A stretch of DNA of 24,516 bases, from IMG/VR virus record IMGVR_UViG_3300020045_003201, positions 1-24,516 of that record. The stretch is one strand, 5' to 3'. Below the pieces are notes generated by a model. The model was not told where the DNA came from. It was given only the letters and a program-made list of their open reading frames with translations, and made no database searches. Source of the DNA: a virus (lineage: Duplodnaviria > Caudoviricetes). A program made the position numbers and the translations under genes. Below, one piece after another: positions 7,277 through 14,389 of the stretch (position 1 is the stretch's first letter; every line of letters starts with the position of its first letter).

Positions 7277-7409
7277 CCCTAACAGCTAGTATATTTCAGC
7301 TTAGCATCAGGCTTAATTAATAATTGATTTTGTGTCAGATTTATGGTTTCTCAACCGAAAGATTTGGCATCCTTGTCCCAACCGAAATTATACTAGCGAA
7401 CCGTTAGCA
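7277..7409 (+). repeat. attC-like site D
   Basis: CCCTAAC-A-GCTAGTATATTTC (7285-7297) ... GAAATTATACTAGC (7384-7397)-GAACC-GTTAGCA; one bulged base; AAC to GTT 125 bp. Confidence 0.78.
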
Positions 7410-7834
7410 CCAATTATACACGAGCAAAATCTTGCATAATTAGACCTTTTTCTCCATTATTTGATATTTCACTACAAGTTGAATATTTATCATCTAACCA
7501 AGGAGTTTTAGTGCCAGCCGTTTTACTATTTAAAAACTCGACTCTATTTTCATCTCCTGCGTTTTTATTTGCTATTTCCCTTGCTTCTTTTTCGTTTTCA
7601 GCTCTTATTATAAAACCGAAATTTTTATCATACCAAGGTTTCCAAGGATTGTCATTTAAAGGTAAATTTTCAATTGCTCTTAATTCGTAAACTTTCAAAA
7701 TAACTGGTGCTAACAGCGGTTTTGACTTATTGCCACATTCGGCTAAATTTTCAGTTTGTTTTGTACTTGTATTCATTGTGTTTAATTTAAATATTAGGTC
7801 TTATTTTATTGGCAACAAGACAAAGCCACAGGAC
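7403..7834 (+). mobile_element. Integron-like cassette 3 including attC-like site E
   Basis: Starts GTTAGCACCAATTAT (7403-7417); cargo ends ATAACTGGTGCTAAC (7700-7714), 14/15 reverse complement. Confidence 0.7.
7414..7776 (-). CDS. Hypothetical phage protein; N-terminus encoded within attC-like site E
   Basis: 120 aa ORF with WYDKNFGFIIRAENEKEAREIA motif; its only ATG start candidate lies in the hairpin loop. Confidence 0.75.
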   Translation of the reverse strand: MNTSTKQTENLAECGNKSKPLLAPVILKVYELRAIENLPLNDNPWKPWYDKNFGFIIRAENEKEAREIANKNAGDENRVEFLNSKTAGTKTPWLDDKYSTCSEISNNGEKGLIMQDFARV

Positions 7835-7841
7835 GTTACTT
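7708..7841 (+). repeat. attC-like site E
   Basis: TGCTAAC-A-GCGGTTTTGACTTATTGCCA (7716-7735) ... TGGCAACAAGACAAAGCCAC (7810-7829)-AGGAC-GTTACTT; 16/20 paired; AAC to GTT 126 bp. Confidence 0.75.
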
Positions 7842-7919
7842 CCTCCTAACTACCACCCAACACACTAATGCAACAATCGGCACTAATATAGGCAAGTCAT
7901 TAATTACGTTTTCTATCAT
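7836..7919 (-). CDS. 27 aa single-TM peptide (not in ORF track)
   Basis: MIENVINDLPILVPIVALVCWVVVRRK*; ATGA overlap with the upstream gene; stop inside the GTTA core of site E. Confidence 0.5.
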   Translation of the reverse strand: MIENVINDLPILVPIVALVCWVVVRRK

Positions 7920-8050
7920 GATTTCTGTTTTTTATTGATTAATTTTCTTCTTTCGTTTCTTTTTTGTCTACCAGTTTTTATTTCAGCTGGCTTTTTATAA
8001 GTTTCTTTTATTTCAAAGTCTCCTAATCCATATCTAAATTCTTCATGCAT
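7916..8050 (-). CDS. 44 aa basic peptide (not in ORF track)
   Basis: MHEEFRYGLGDFEIKETYKKPAEIKTGRQKRNERRKLINKKQKS*; starts and ends within the 17-bp junction repeat. Confidence 0.55.
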   Translation of the reverse strand: MHEEFRYGLGDFEIKETYKKPAEIKTGRQKRNERRKLINKKQKS

Positions 8051-8276
8051 GATTTCTGTTTTTTAGGGGTTATAAATACAAATTTGCTCTTTGCGTTTCT
8101 GTCATCTTGATATTCTTTGCTCATGAATGTATCATAACATTCTTCAGAACATACAGGTGGCTCAGTTGGCAATCCCATACAGCCACATTCGTGACCACTA
8201 CAACACATATTTACTTCAATCTCATATCCACATACATCGCAAAATCCTTTTTGTTTACTCATGATTTCTGTTTTTT
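7917..8276. repeat. Three copies of 17-bp direct repeat CATGATTTCTGTTTTTT at gene junctions
   Basis: Copies at 7917-7933, 8048-8064 and 8260-8276 (minus strand AAAAAACAGAAATCATG). Confidence 0.85.
8023..8262 (-). CDS. Cys-rich putative metal-binding protein
   Basis: CDVC, CCSGHECGC, CSEEC in 79 aa. Confidence 0.7.
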   Translation of the reverse strand: MSKQKGFCDVCGYEIEVNMCCSGHECGCMGLPTEPPVCSEECYDTFMSKEYQDDRNAKSKFVFITPKKQKSCMKNLDMD

Positions 8277-8402
8277 TAATTGTTCTAAATATTTCTCGCT
8301 TTGTTCTTTTTTCAGTTTAAATAACTGTTTATCCATCTTATCCACAAAATCAGGATGAATATTTCGTTTATACTGCACGTGGTTTAATTGTTTTCTTCCC
8401 AT
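8259..8402 (-). CDS. 47 aa basic protein (not in ORF track)
   Basis: MGRKQLNHVQYKRNIHPDFVDKMDKQLFKLKKEQSEKYLEQLKKQKS*; ATG 1 nt after the upstream stop, ATGA overlap downstream. Confidence 0.65.
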   Translation of the reverse strand: MGRKQLNHVQYKRNIHPDFVDKMDKQLFKLKKEQSEKYLEQLKKQKS

Positions 8403-8403
8403 T

Positions 8404-8649
8404 TTAATTATCTATTAAAAAATCCATATACGGCTTGCCTGTACTTATAAAAGCATTTAAAGAATAACAATTATCATAAGATACATATCCATCATCAAAT
8501 CTTTTCCACCCAAATGTATTATTAGATACAATTTCTTTATGCATTCTAATAGTCTTTAATTTATTTAAGAATCCTTCGAATATTTCTACTTCAATTATTA
8601 CATGGCTTTTATTCAAGTCATATAATGTGGCTGATTTTAATTTTGGCAT
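8404..8649 (-). CDS. Hypothetical phage protein, first gene of early operon
   Basis: 81 aa ATG ORF downstream of a consensus promoter. Confidence 0.7.
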   Translation of the reverse strand: MPKLKSATLYDLNKSHVIIEVEIFEGFLNKLKTIRMHKEIVSNNTFGWKRFDDGYVSYDNCYSLNAFISTGKPYMDFLIDN

Positions 8650-8682
8650 AATTTATATTTTTTAATAGTTATTTCTATGAAA

Positions 8683-8715
8683 CAAATATAATACTTTTAT
8701 TTTGTTAGTACCAAA
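8683..8715 (-). promoter_or_regulatory. Bacteroidota sigma-A type promoter for the early/accessory operon
   Basis: Minus strand TTTG (8715-8712), 21 nt spacer, TATATTTG (8690-8683); a second TATATTTG at 8719-8712. Confidence 0.6.
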
Positions 8716-8776
8716 TATAAATGCAATTATTTATAAAAATTTAACATTTTAACCCATTTCATTGACGCCATACAAA

Positions 8777-8810
8777 CAAAAAAATCCCCTGTACCGAAAT
8801 ACAGAGGACT
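8777..8810 (-). terminator. Intrinsic terminator ending the late/lysis operon
   Basis: Minus strand GTCCTCTGTA-TTTCGG-TACAGGGGAT followed by a long T-run. Confidence 0.8.
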
Positions 8811-8863
8811 AAAAATTTAATTATGAAAGAAAATTATCGAGTAACCAATTCGATATGGTAAAG

Positions 8864-9013
8864 TTAAGGAATTTGATTCAATATATCATCAATTCTTTTT
8901 TCATCTTTTTCTGTTTTGTTGAATTTTTGACTTTTTAAGAATGAACCAAGAAATATTTTACCTACTCCTATTAGTATTTTACCTACTGTTGATTCTAAAA
9001 ATGGCTTTTTCAT
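8864..9013 (-). CDS. 49 aa amphipathic peptide after the endolysin (not in ORF track)
   Basis: MKKPFLESTVGKILIGVGKIFLGSFLKSQKFNKTEKDEKRIDDILNQIP*; ATGA overlap with the endolysin stop. Confidence 0.65.
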   Translation of the reverse strand: MKKPFLESTVGKILIGVGKIFLGSFLKSQKFNKTEKDEKRIDDILNQIP

Positions 9014-9528
9014 GATATTCTAAATTTAATTTCTGCTTGTCCTAGCTTCTTATCGTATCTATTTATTGCATATCCTGAGCCATTATAGTAATAAGCTACC
9101 TTTGCCCAGTTTTTTTGCAATAGTGCTGTATACAGCCTTGAATCGGTTTTTATAAATTTCAAGCCTAACCATAATTGATTAGTCTCAGATTCTTTTGCAA
9201 AGTCCACCATTTCCCCGACTGTATTAAACCCCAATCGTTTAAAATGAAACCCCATTACTTGCATAGCTCCCCATGAAGTAGACTCCATTGCTTTGTTAGG
9301 ATTTTTTAAGAATGCCAAATTAAAAGCCTCCCATTCTTTTTTTTGAATATCAACTTTATTATTAATAAGAATGTTTGTAAATTTTTTAAACCAACTAGGC
9401 TCAAATTGTATTTTAATTTTTCCTGTAATTGAATCAAAACCATCGCCAGAACTTTCAACTAAATGAAAAGCTTTTATTGACGGAATAGGAATTCCAAATT
9501 CAGTTGATAACGTAGCAAATTGTATCAT
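9010..9528 (-). CDS. Endolysin, N-acetylmuramidase (DUF3380 family)
   Basis: LVESSGDGF, KIQFEPSWF, ESTSWGAMQVMGFHF, YYNGSGY, YDKKL; ATG at 9528 preferred. Confidence 0.9.
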   Translation of the reverse strand: MIQFATLSTEFGIPIPSIKAFHLVESSGDGFDSITGKIKIQFEPSWFKKFTNILINNKVDIQKKEWEAFNLAFLKNPNKAMESTSWGAMQVMGFHFKRLGFNTVGEMVDFAKESETNQLWLGLKFIKTDSRLYTALLQKNWAKVAYYYNGSGYAINRYDKKLGQAEIKFRIS

Positions 9529-9529
9529 A

Positions 9530-9838
9530 TTATTTCGTAAGTAAGTAAACAATGTAAGCGGAAATAATACCTACTATTGTTTTGATTATGTTTTTACTGA
9601 ACGTTAAATTCTCTTTTAATAAAGCTATTTCATCCTCTGTCTTTTCCATTCTTTCGGATATTTCTTTAATCCTATGAATTACACCGATTCCTCCAGTATA
9701 TTCACTGCCAACTATAGCTGTCTTTATAAGCCCCATGTCTGTAGATATTGTGCTGTTACTATCTTTAAGTAATTTTAAATGATGTTCCATTCGTTCGAAC
9801 CTGGCATCATTTAGTATTTTTTCGCTCTCCATGCGCAA
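9530..9838 (-). CDS. Coiled-coil protein with C-terminal TM, lysis-associated
   Basis: Helical soluble region plus IIKTIVGIISAYIVYLL; directly upstream of the endolysin; start may be 9832. Confidence 0.7.
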   Translation of the reverse strand: MRMESEKILNDARFERMEHHLKLLKDSNSTISTDMGLIKTAIVGSEYTGGIGVIHRIKEISERMEKTEDEIALLKENLTFSKNIIKTIVGIISAYIVYLLTK

Positions 9839-10149
9839 ACGATTAGGGGCATTAGTACTATAGAGTAATATAAGAAATAATATACTTCCTCATTTAAAAA
9901 TCCGATTACAAATCTAAGTATTATACTAAGAAATATTGCAGAAGCAAAAATCTTTTTATCTGGAGAGTATTTCCCAATAAAAAACATAAAATGCATTAAA
10001 GAAAAATAAACTACGCAAGTGTCTATTTTATCTAATAGTTCAAAATGATTATAATAAAACTCAGATTTAGTAAATAATAATGCGCAAATCAACCACCAAA
10101 TAACTATAATTATAGGCAAGTTGCTGATTGATTTGTGCAAAAATTTCAT
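9811..10149 (-). CDS. Multi-pass membrane protein
   Basis: Four hydrophobic stretches in 112 aa. Confidence 0.65.
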   Translation of the reverse strand: MKFLHKSISNLPIIIVIWWLICALLFTKSEFYYNHFELLDKIDTCVVYFSLMHFMFFIGKYSPDKKIFASAIFLSIILRFVIGFLNEEVYYFLYYSIVLMPLIVCAWRAKKY

Positions 10150-10406
10150 TACGGTCTTGGGTCTCTAGGTTTTGGCAAACCAATATCCGACAAAGATTTT
10201 ATCTCTTTTGGCTGTGTGAAAAAGTTTTTAACCAAATAAGCTACTCCACCTCCAATAGCAGCTAAACCAATACTTTTCCAATCTAAAGTAAATACTCCAG
10301 ATTCAATAGATTGTTGAATTATTACTATTACAGGAGTTAAAACAGACATCAATAGTCCTTTTAAAATATCCTTAAAATCTAAGCTTAAAAAATTACTTGT
10401 TTTCAT
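10149..10406 (-). CDS. Putative holin
   Basis: Two TM segments, charged C-terminus, located in the lysis block. Confidence 0.65.
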   Translation of the reverse strand: MKTSNFLSLDFKDILKGLLMSVLTPVIVIIQQSIESGVFTLDWKSIGLAAIGGGVAYLVKNFFTQPKEIKSLSDIGLPKPRDPRP

Positions 10407-10425
10407 GTTTATTTATGTTTAATTA

Positions 10426-13260
10426 TTAATTTACTTTATAAGAGAATGTGCCTACAAAAGAATTAGCTCCCGATGTAATTGGAACGCAAAGAATTCTAAC
10501 ATCCGTTGTATTTGCCACTGCTAATTGGAATACCCCACCGTAATATACGACTGCAGACGTTAAATATCCTGATAAATTACCCACCAATAAGGCAGTTGTA
10601 GCGGATCTAGCTATAGGTAAAGATGCGGTTATACTGATACCAGTACCCCCAGTTGTAACATTAGCTGTTAATCCTATCCTTACCGTCACTATATCCCCAA
10701 CTCTTGTATAAACAGCAGACTCCAAAGTTGCGCCTGTGACATTTGATGTATTTGCTAAAGTGGGCGTATAACTCACACCTGTAACTACGTCTAACGTAGC
10801 TAATACTCTCCACGCTCCCCATACACCCGCCACTGAGCTAGACCTAAAGGCTCGAACATTCAAAAACCCATCTGTCAAAGTCTGTTCTTTGTAGGGAGTT
10901 GATGATGAACCTGCAGTAAATAGAGTGTACCTTTTTTGCGCCCAACCCGAAGGTATATTTGTTAATCCCGAACTAGGAGTGACATAATTACCTAAAAGAG
11001 TATAATTATCAATATTTGTTTCTGCGCTTACTATGTTTTCAGATTCAAAACCTGTGACGAAATTATACGAACTACTAAACACTTTTTTCGTTCCATAAAA
11101 AACAGGGACGGTACCGTTAAGTATTCCTGACTCGTATGCGACAATACCTTTATGAATTACATTAGAAATAGATAAATCCCTAGACCCTAAAGAGCTAGCG
11201 TGAAATGATATTGGGTCATTTGTTACTGACTCTTTTACTATATTACTTATCGAAGATTCTGATATAGACCCGTCAACTCTTATCGCATATGGCTTACTTC
11301 TAGATATTACATTGTTTATATTTACAAACGCTAAATCTCCGATAGGTGTTACGCCTCCATATACTGGGTTAGTAGACCCCATAATTACACAACTTCCTGT
11401 TATAGGCGCCGTTGTTGACAAGTCTTCAATATTTGATATTTGGACGTTTTTTATAGTAGTGGACAACACGTTAAGCAATCTAATTATGCCGTGATCCGTG
11501 TTTGTTTTAATATTAGATATCTGTATGTCTTTTGCGTTGTCGGTAACTCCTAGATTGTAATTACCTGTGACTTCCATAGCTCCATAGATACCTGCGGTCT
11601 TATTGGCTACTGGCACTAAAGTTACTGCGACCGTATCGTCACTAGTTGTGCCACTTATATTATCCACGAATATATCAGAACAACCGAGCCTAAAATCTAC
11701 GCCGTCAAGATTTTTTATATACTTGGTGCTAGCCGATATTGTTCTAGTCATTACGCTGTTAAAATACAGGTCTTTAATTGTTATGCTTGTACATCTTTCA
11801 AAAGAGTTAGCCCAAGCGTGCATATTTACATATTTAAGACCTTGAATTTTTATGCCTGTAGTATACGCCATTAAAACGCCTATATTTCGCCAGTCCCCTG
11901 TTTGTGTTTGCCCTCCTACACCTGCATCAGTTCCGTAAGACGTATCCGTTAACTCCGCTGGCGTAAGGCTTAATGTTTTTCCTGTATCTCCTGTAGCTCT
12001 AGGATTGTCAGCTCCTTGTAAAATAGCATTCCCTAATCCTATAATAGATATATTTACCAATGGATTTGACGAAGGAGTAGTTAACCCAAAACCACAATTT
12101 TCAGTTCTAAAAATATTATCTCTTGAAGTGTTTGTCAACTTTAAAGTTACGTTATCAATAATTATTTTTGAATTTGATTTTAAAAGTATTGCTGAATCTA
12201 TATCCCACAAATCAAAACCAGTAGCTTGGTTCTTGTTTATTCTTAATGTTTTGTTGTTCGCTACTGCAAAATTTAAAGCCAGTTGTATTTTCTGAGCGTC
12301 TGTACCTGTAAATTGATTAGGAGTTACCTCAGTTAAATTAAGCAAGTTATTTAAAGCATCTGTAGTTGTAGCACCTACAACATTTGAAAGATTCTGAACT
12401 GCGGAAGTATTCAAAGGCACAGGAACGTCAATATACGAATTATATGAAGTTCCTAAATATAAACTTTCTGTTATGTTTGCGCCTGTTGCGCCTACTTTTT
12501 CAGCCGATATATGATAACGCACTCTTTCGCCAACGTTTATAGTAAAAGGAAATTCTATCGTGTTACTTACGGGTACATTTGTTACGCTCTCGTCTGCCAA
12601 AGTTAATAATCCTGAATCTAAAATAGTAATTACAGTAACCCCTAAACTGCCCGTAACTGCTCCTGATATTCCTGATGCTATTGGAGTTCCTGCGTTATTA
12701 CATTTATAAACCTCTACTGTAAATCGCTGTTGTGCGCTATTTGGAGAAGTGCTAACAGATAAATTACCTGCATAAACTCCTTTTGGAAATGTCGTAATAG
12801 CTACATAAGCATCACCTATTATGTCTTGAGTAAAATATTTTTTCTCATTGTCATTGTTTGTTACTGATTGGATAGCGCTTGCAATAACTCCTTTATTTGT
12901 GAAATTAGTTCTGTAAAAAGTCCCTGCTGTAATTGTAGTTTGGTCAGCTGTTAACCATAACCTAGTTGTAACGCCTGCTGTAGTAGCTACAATATCTCCA
13001 AGAGCATTGTCTACGCCTTGAAAATACCCTTTAATGTTTGTGGTAATTGGCGTAAAATGATGTACTGGAGGTATTACCGATAACGATATGTTTTCGCCTA
13101 GAATCTTTCCTTGAACTCCAGTTGAACTTGTAGTAGTTATAAAATCAGACGTAGTATTTAAAGGCGCTGTTTTAGTTGTAACAGTCCCAAAAGTTGGATT
13201 TTGGTATGTTTGACCGTGAATTGATACGGTACATAATAGTAAAAAAAGTATTTTTTTCAT
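10426..13260 (-). CDS. Tailspike/fibre-like protein with pectin-lyase-like beta-helix; signal-peptide-like N-terminus
   Basis: DAQKIQLALN start of beta-helix, NLDGVDF and SDDTVAV (GH28-like acidic motifs), repetitive I/N/S pattern, WGAWR and YTRVGDIVTV fibre motifs; last gene of the tail module. Confidence 0.75.
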   Translation of the reverse strand: MKKILFLLLCTVSIHGQTYQNPTFGTVTTKTAPLNTTSDFITTTSSTGVQGKILGENISLSVIPPVHHFTPITTNIKGYFQGVDNALGDIVATTAGVTTRLWLTADQTTITAGTFYRTNFTNKGVIASAIQSVTNNDNEKKYFTQDIIGDAYVAITTFPKGVYAGNLSVSTSPNSAQQRFTVEVYKCNNAGTPIASGISGAVTGSLGVTVITILDSGLLTLADESVTNVPVSNTIEFPFTINVGERVRYHISAEKVGATGANITESLYLGTSYNSYIDVPVPLNTSAVQNLSNVVGATTTDALNNLLNLTEVTPNQFTGTDAQKIQLALNFAVANNKTLRINKNQATGFDLWDIDSAILLKSNSKIIIDNVTLKLTNTSRDNIFRTENCGFGLTTPSSNPLVNISIIGLGNAILQGADNPRATGDTGKTLSLTPAELTDTSYGTDAGVGGQTQTGDWRNIGVLMAYTTGIKIQGLKYVNMHAWANSFERCTSITIKDLYFNSVMTRTISASTKYIKNLDGVDFRLGCSDIFVDNISGTTSDDTVAVTLVPVANKTAGIYGAMEVTGNYNLGVTDNAKDIQISNIKTNTDHGIIRLLNVLSTTIKNVQISNIEDLSTTAPITGSCVIMGSTNPVYGGVTPIGDLAFVNINNVISRSKPYAIRVDGSISESSISNIVKESVTNDPISFHASSLGSRDLSISNVIHKGIVAYESGILNGTVPVFYGTKKVFSSSYNFVTGFESENIVSAETNIDNYTLLGNYVTPSSGLTNIPSGWAQKRYTLFTAGSSSTPYKEQTLTDGFLNVRAFRSSSVAGVWGAWRVLATLDVVTGVSYTPTLANTSNVTGATLESAVYTRVGDIVTVRIGLTANVTTGGTGISITASLPIARSATTALLVGNLSGYLTSAVVYYGGVFQLAVANTTDVRILCVPITSGANSFVGTFSYKVN

Positions 13261-13262
13261 TG

Positions 13263-13826
13263 TTATATTGGTTTAATTAAATCTCCTAAAGCGGGTGTAA
13301 AAGTTAATGTAAATATAGATCCTGTTTGTGACCAGTCTACATCGTTTAATAATGCTCCATTCCAAAAAATGGATTTAACGGCTGCTAAAACTCCTATATT
13401 GAAATTTGTTTGTACTCCATCGGCTGTAAATTGTATTTTAGGGACTGAAATTATAGAAGCTGAGTCTGCAACTATAGGGATTTCAACGCCTATAAACCAG
13501 TAACTGCCATTAGACATTAAAGCATTTAGTTCTTCAGTACATACTATTGTAGCCCCTCCACCAACATTATAAAAAGTCCCTTTACCGACTAATATCCATT
13601 CCTCTTGAGTTGTAGCCGGTAATGTTTCTCCATCTAAAACAGTAATTGCTCTAAATGCAACGCCAGAACTTGTTTCAATTTGCAAAGCTATAAAATCGGA
13701 TAATTGCTGAACCGTACCTTGCTTCAAATCTGTTCCGACTTCATGAGGAATTTTATCAGTTAAACTGAAATCAGAAGGAGGTAATTGACCAACCCTTAAC
13801 GTACTTACTGAATTTGGATCTATCAT
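13263..13826 (-). CDS. Putative tail/baseplate structural protein
   Basis: Tail module position; N-terminus paralogous to 13823..14389; C-terminal FTADGVQTNF beta domain. Confidence 0.65.
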   Translation of the reverse strand: MIDPNSVSTLRVGQLPPSDFSLTDKIPHEVGTDLKQGTVQQLSDFIALQIETSSGVAFRAITVLDGETLPATTQEEWILVGKGTFYNVGGGATIVCTEELNALMSNGSYWFIGVEIPIVADSASIISVPKIQFTADGVQTNFNIGVLAAVKSIFWNGALLNDVDWSQTGSIFTLTFTPALGDLIKPI

Positions 13827-14389
13827 GGTAATTTCATTATTTTTAAAACAACTCTATAAGGTTGCATATTTTTATCTGTTCCAGAAACTCCTGTACTATC
13901 AGTTGAAATTCCGTATGGAGCTTCGTTTAACGATCTATCATAAAAACCGTCAGCACCTTGATCTGGTCCATATCCTTTTATTTGATTAACTGTATGCGTA
14001 TGAGCAACGACTACAGCGTCTTTACTTCCTCCAATTGCGCCAATTGCACTATAAGTAGTCCCGTAAGCAATATCTACTCTGCCGTCTGCATTATCAGTTC
14101 CGTTGTTACCGTTACGAATTGCAAAACCTTCACATAGATTAACACCTAGCCCCATTGTAGCGCCTGGCGTTAAATCAAAGTTGTTGGTAATGTACTCATC
14201 ATCCACAATCAAAGTAACCGCTTCATAAGCCATTTTGCCAACTAAAGGAGCGAGTAATTCTATAAACTGAGCAATAGTGCTATGATTTAAAATACCCGAT
14301 AATTCATGAGGTATTTTACTTTCAGTTGTGATCGGTTCTAATGGCAATTCACCAACCGAAACCGTTGTGACTAAATTTGGATCTATCAT
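13823..14389 (-). CDS. Tail collar / short fibre-like protein
   Basis: NGNNGT, GRVDIAYG, GGSKDAVVVAHTHT, NMQPYRVVLKIMK resemble tail-collar-domain proteins with HxH motif. Confidence 0.7.
   Translation of the reverse strand: MIDPNLVTTVSVGELPLEPITTESKIPHELSGILNHSTIAQFIELLAPLVGKMAYEAVTLIVDDEYITNNFDLTPGATMGLGVNLCEGFAIRNGNNGTDNADGRVDIAYGTTYSAIGAIGGSKDAVVVAHTHTVNQIKGYGPDQGADGFYDRSLNEAPYGISTDSTGVSGTDKNMQPYRVVLKIMKLP

Larger units (their letters stand above)
6875..7402 (+). mobile_element. Integron-like cassette 2 (two small ORFs) including attC-like site D
   Basis: Starts GTTAGGGAACAGCTT (6875-6889); cargo ends AAGCCGATTCCCTAAC (7268-7283), whose reverse complement is GTTAGGGAATCGGCTT. Confidence 0.7.

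Noticed and set aside
7100-7282. Plus-strand ORF ending in the TAAC of site D, as a classical cassette gene would
   Set aside because: TTG start and codon-aligned mirror of the better minus-strand ORF 7087..7251; not fully excluded.
6052-7841. CRISPR array, MITEs or simple terminators as explanation for the repeats
   Set aside because: Units are ~125 bp, not sequence-identical, separated by whole genes, lack target-site duplications and U-tracts, and have loops far too large for terminators.
8107-8358. Plus-strand 83 aa ORF
   Set aside because: Antisense to two coupled minus-strand genes.
8823-8861. Plus-strand 12-codon ORF MKENYRVTNSIW
   Set aside because: Too short, no clear plus-strand promoter; noted only as the complement of the candidate sRNA.
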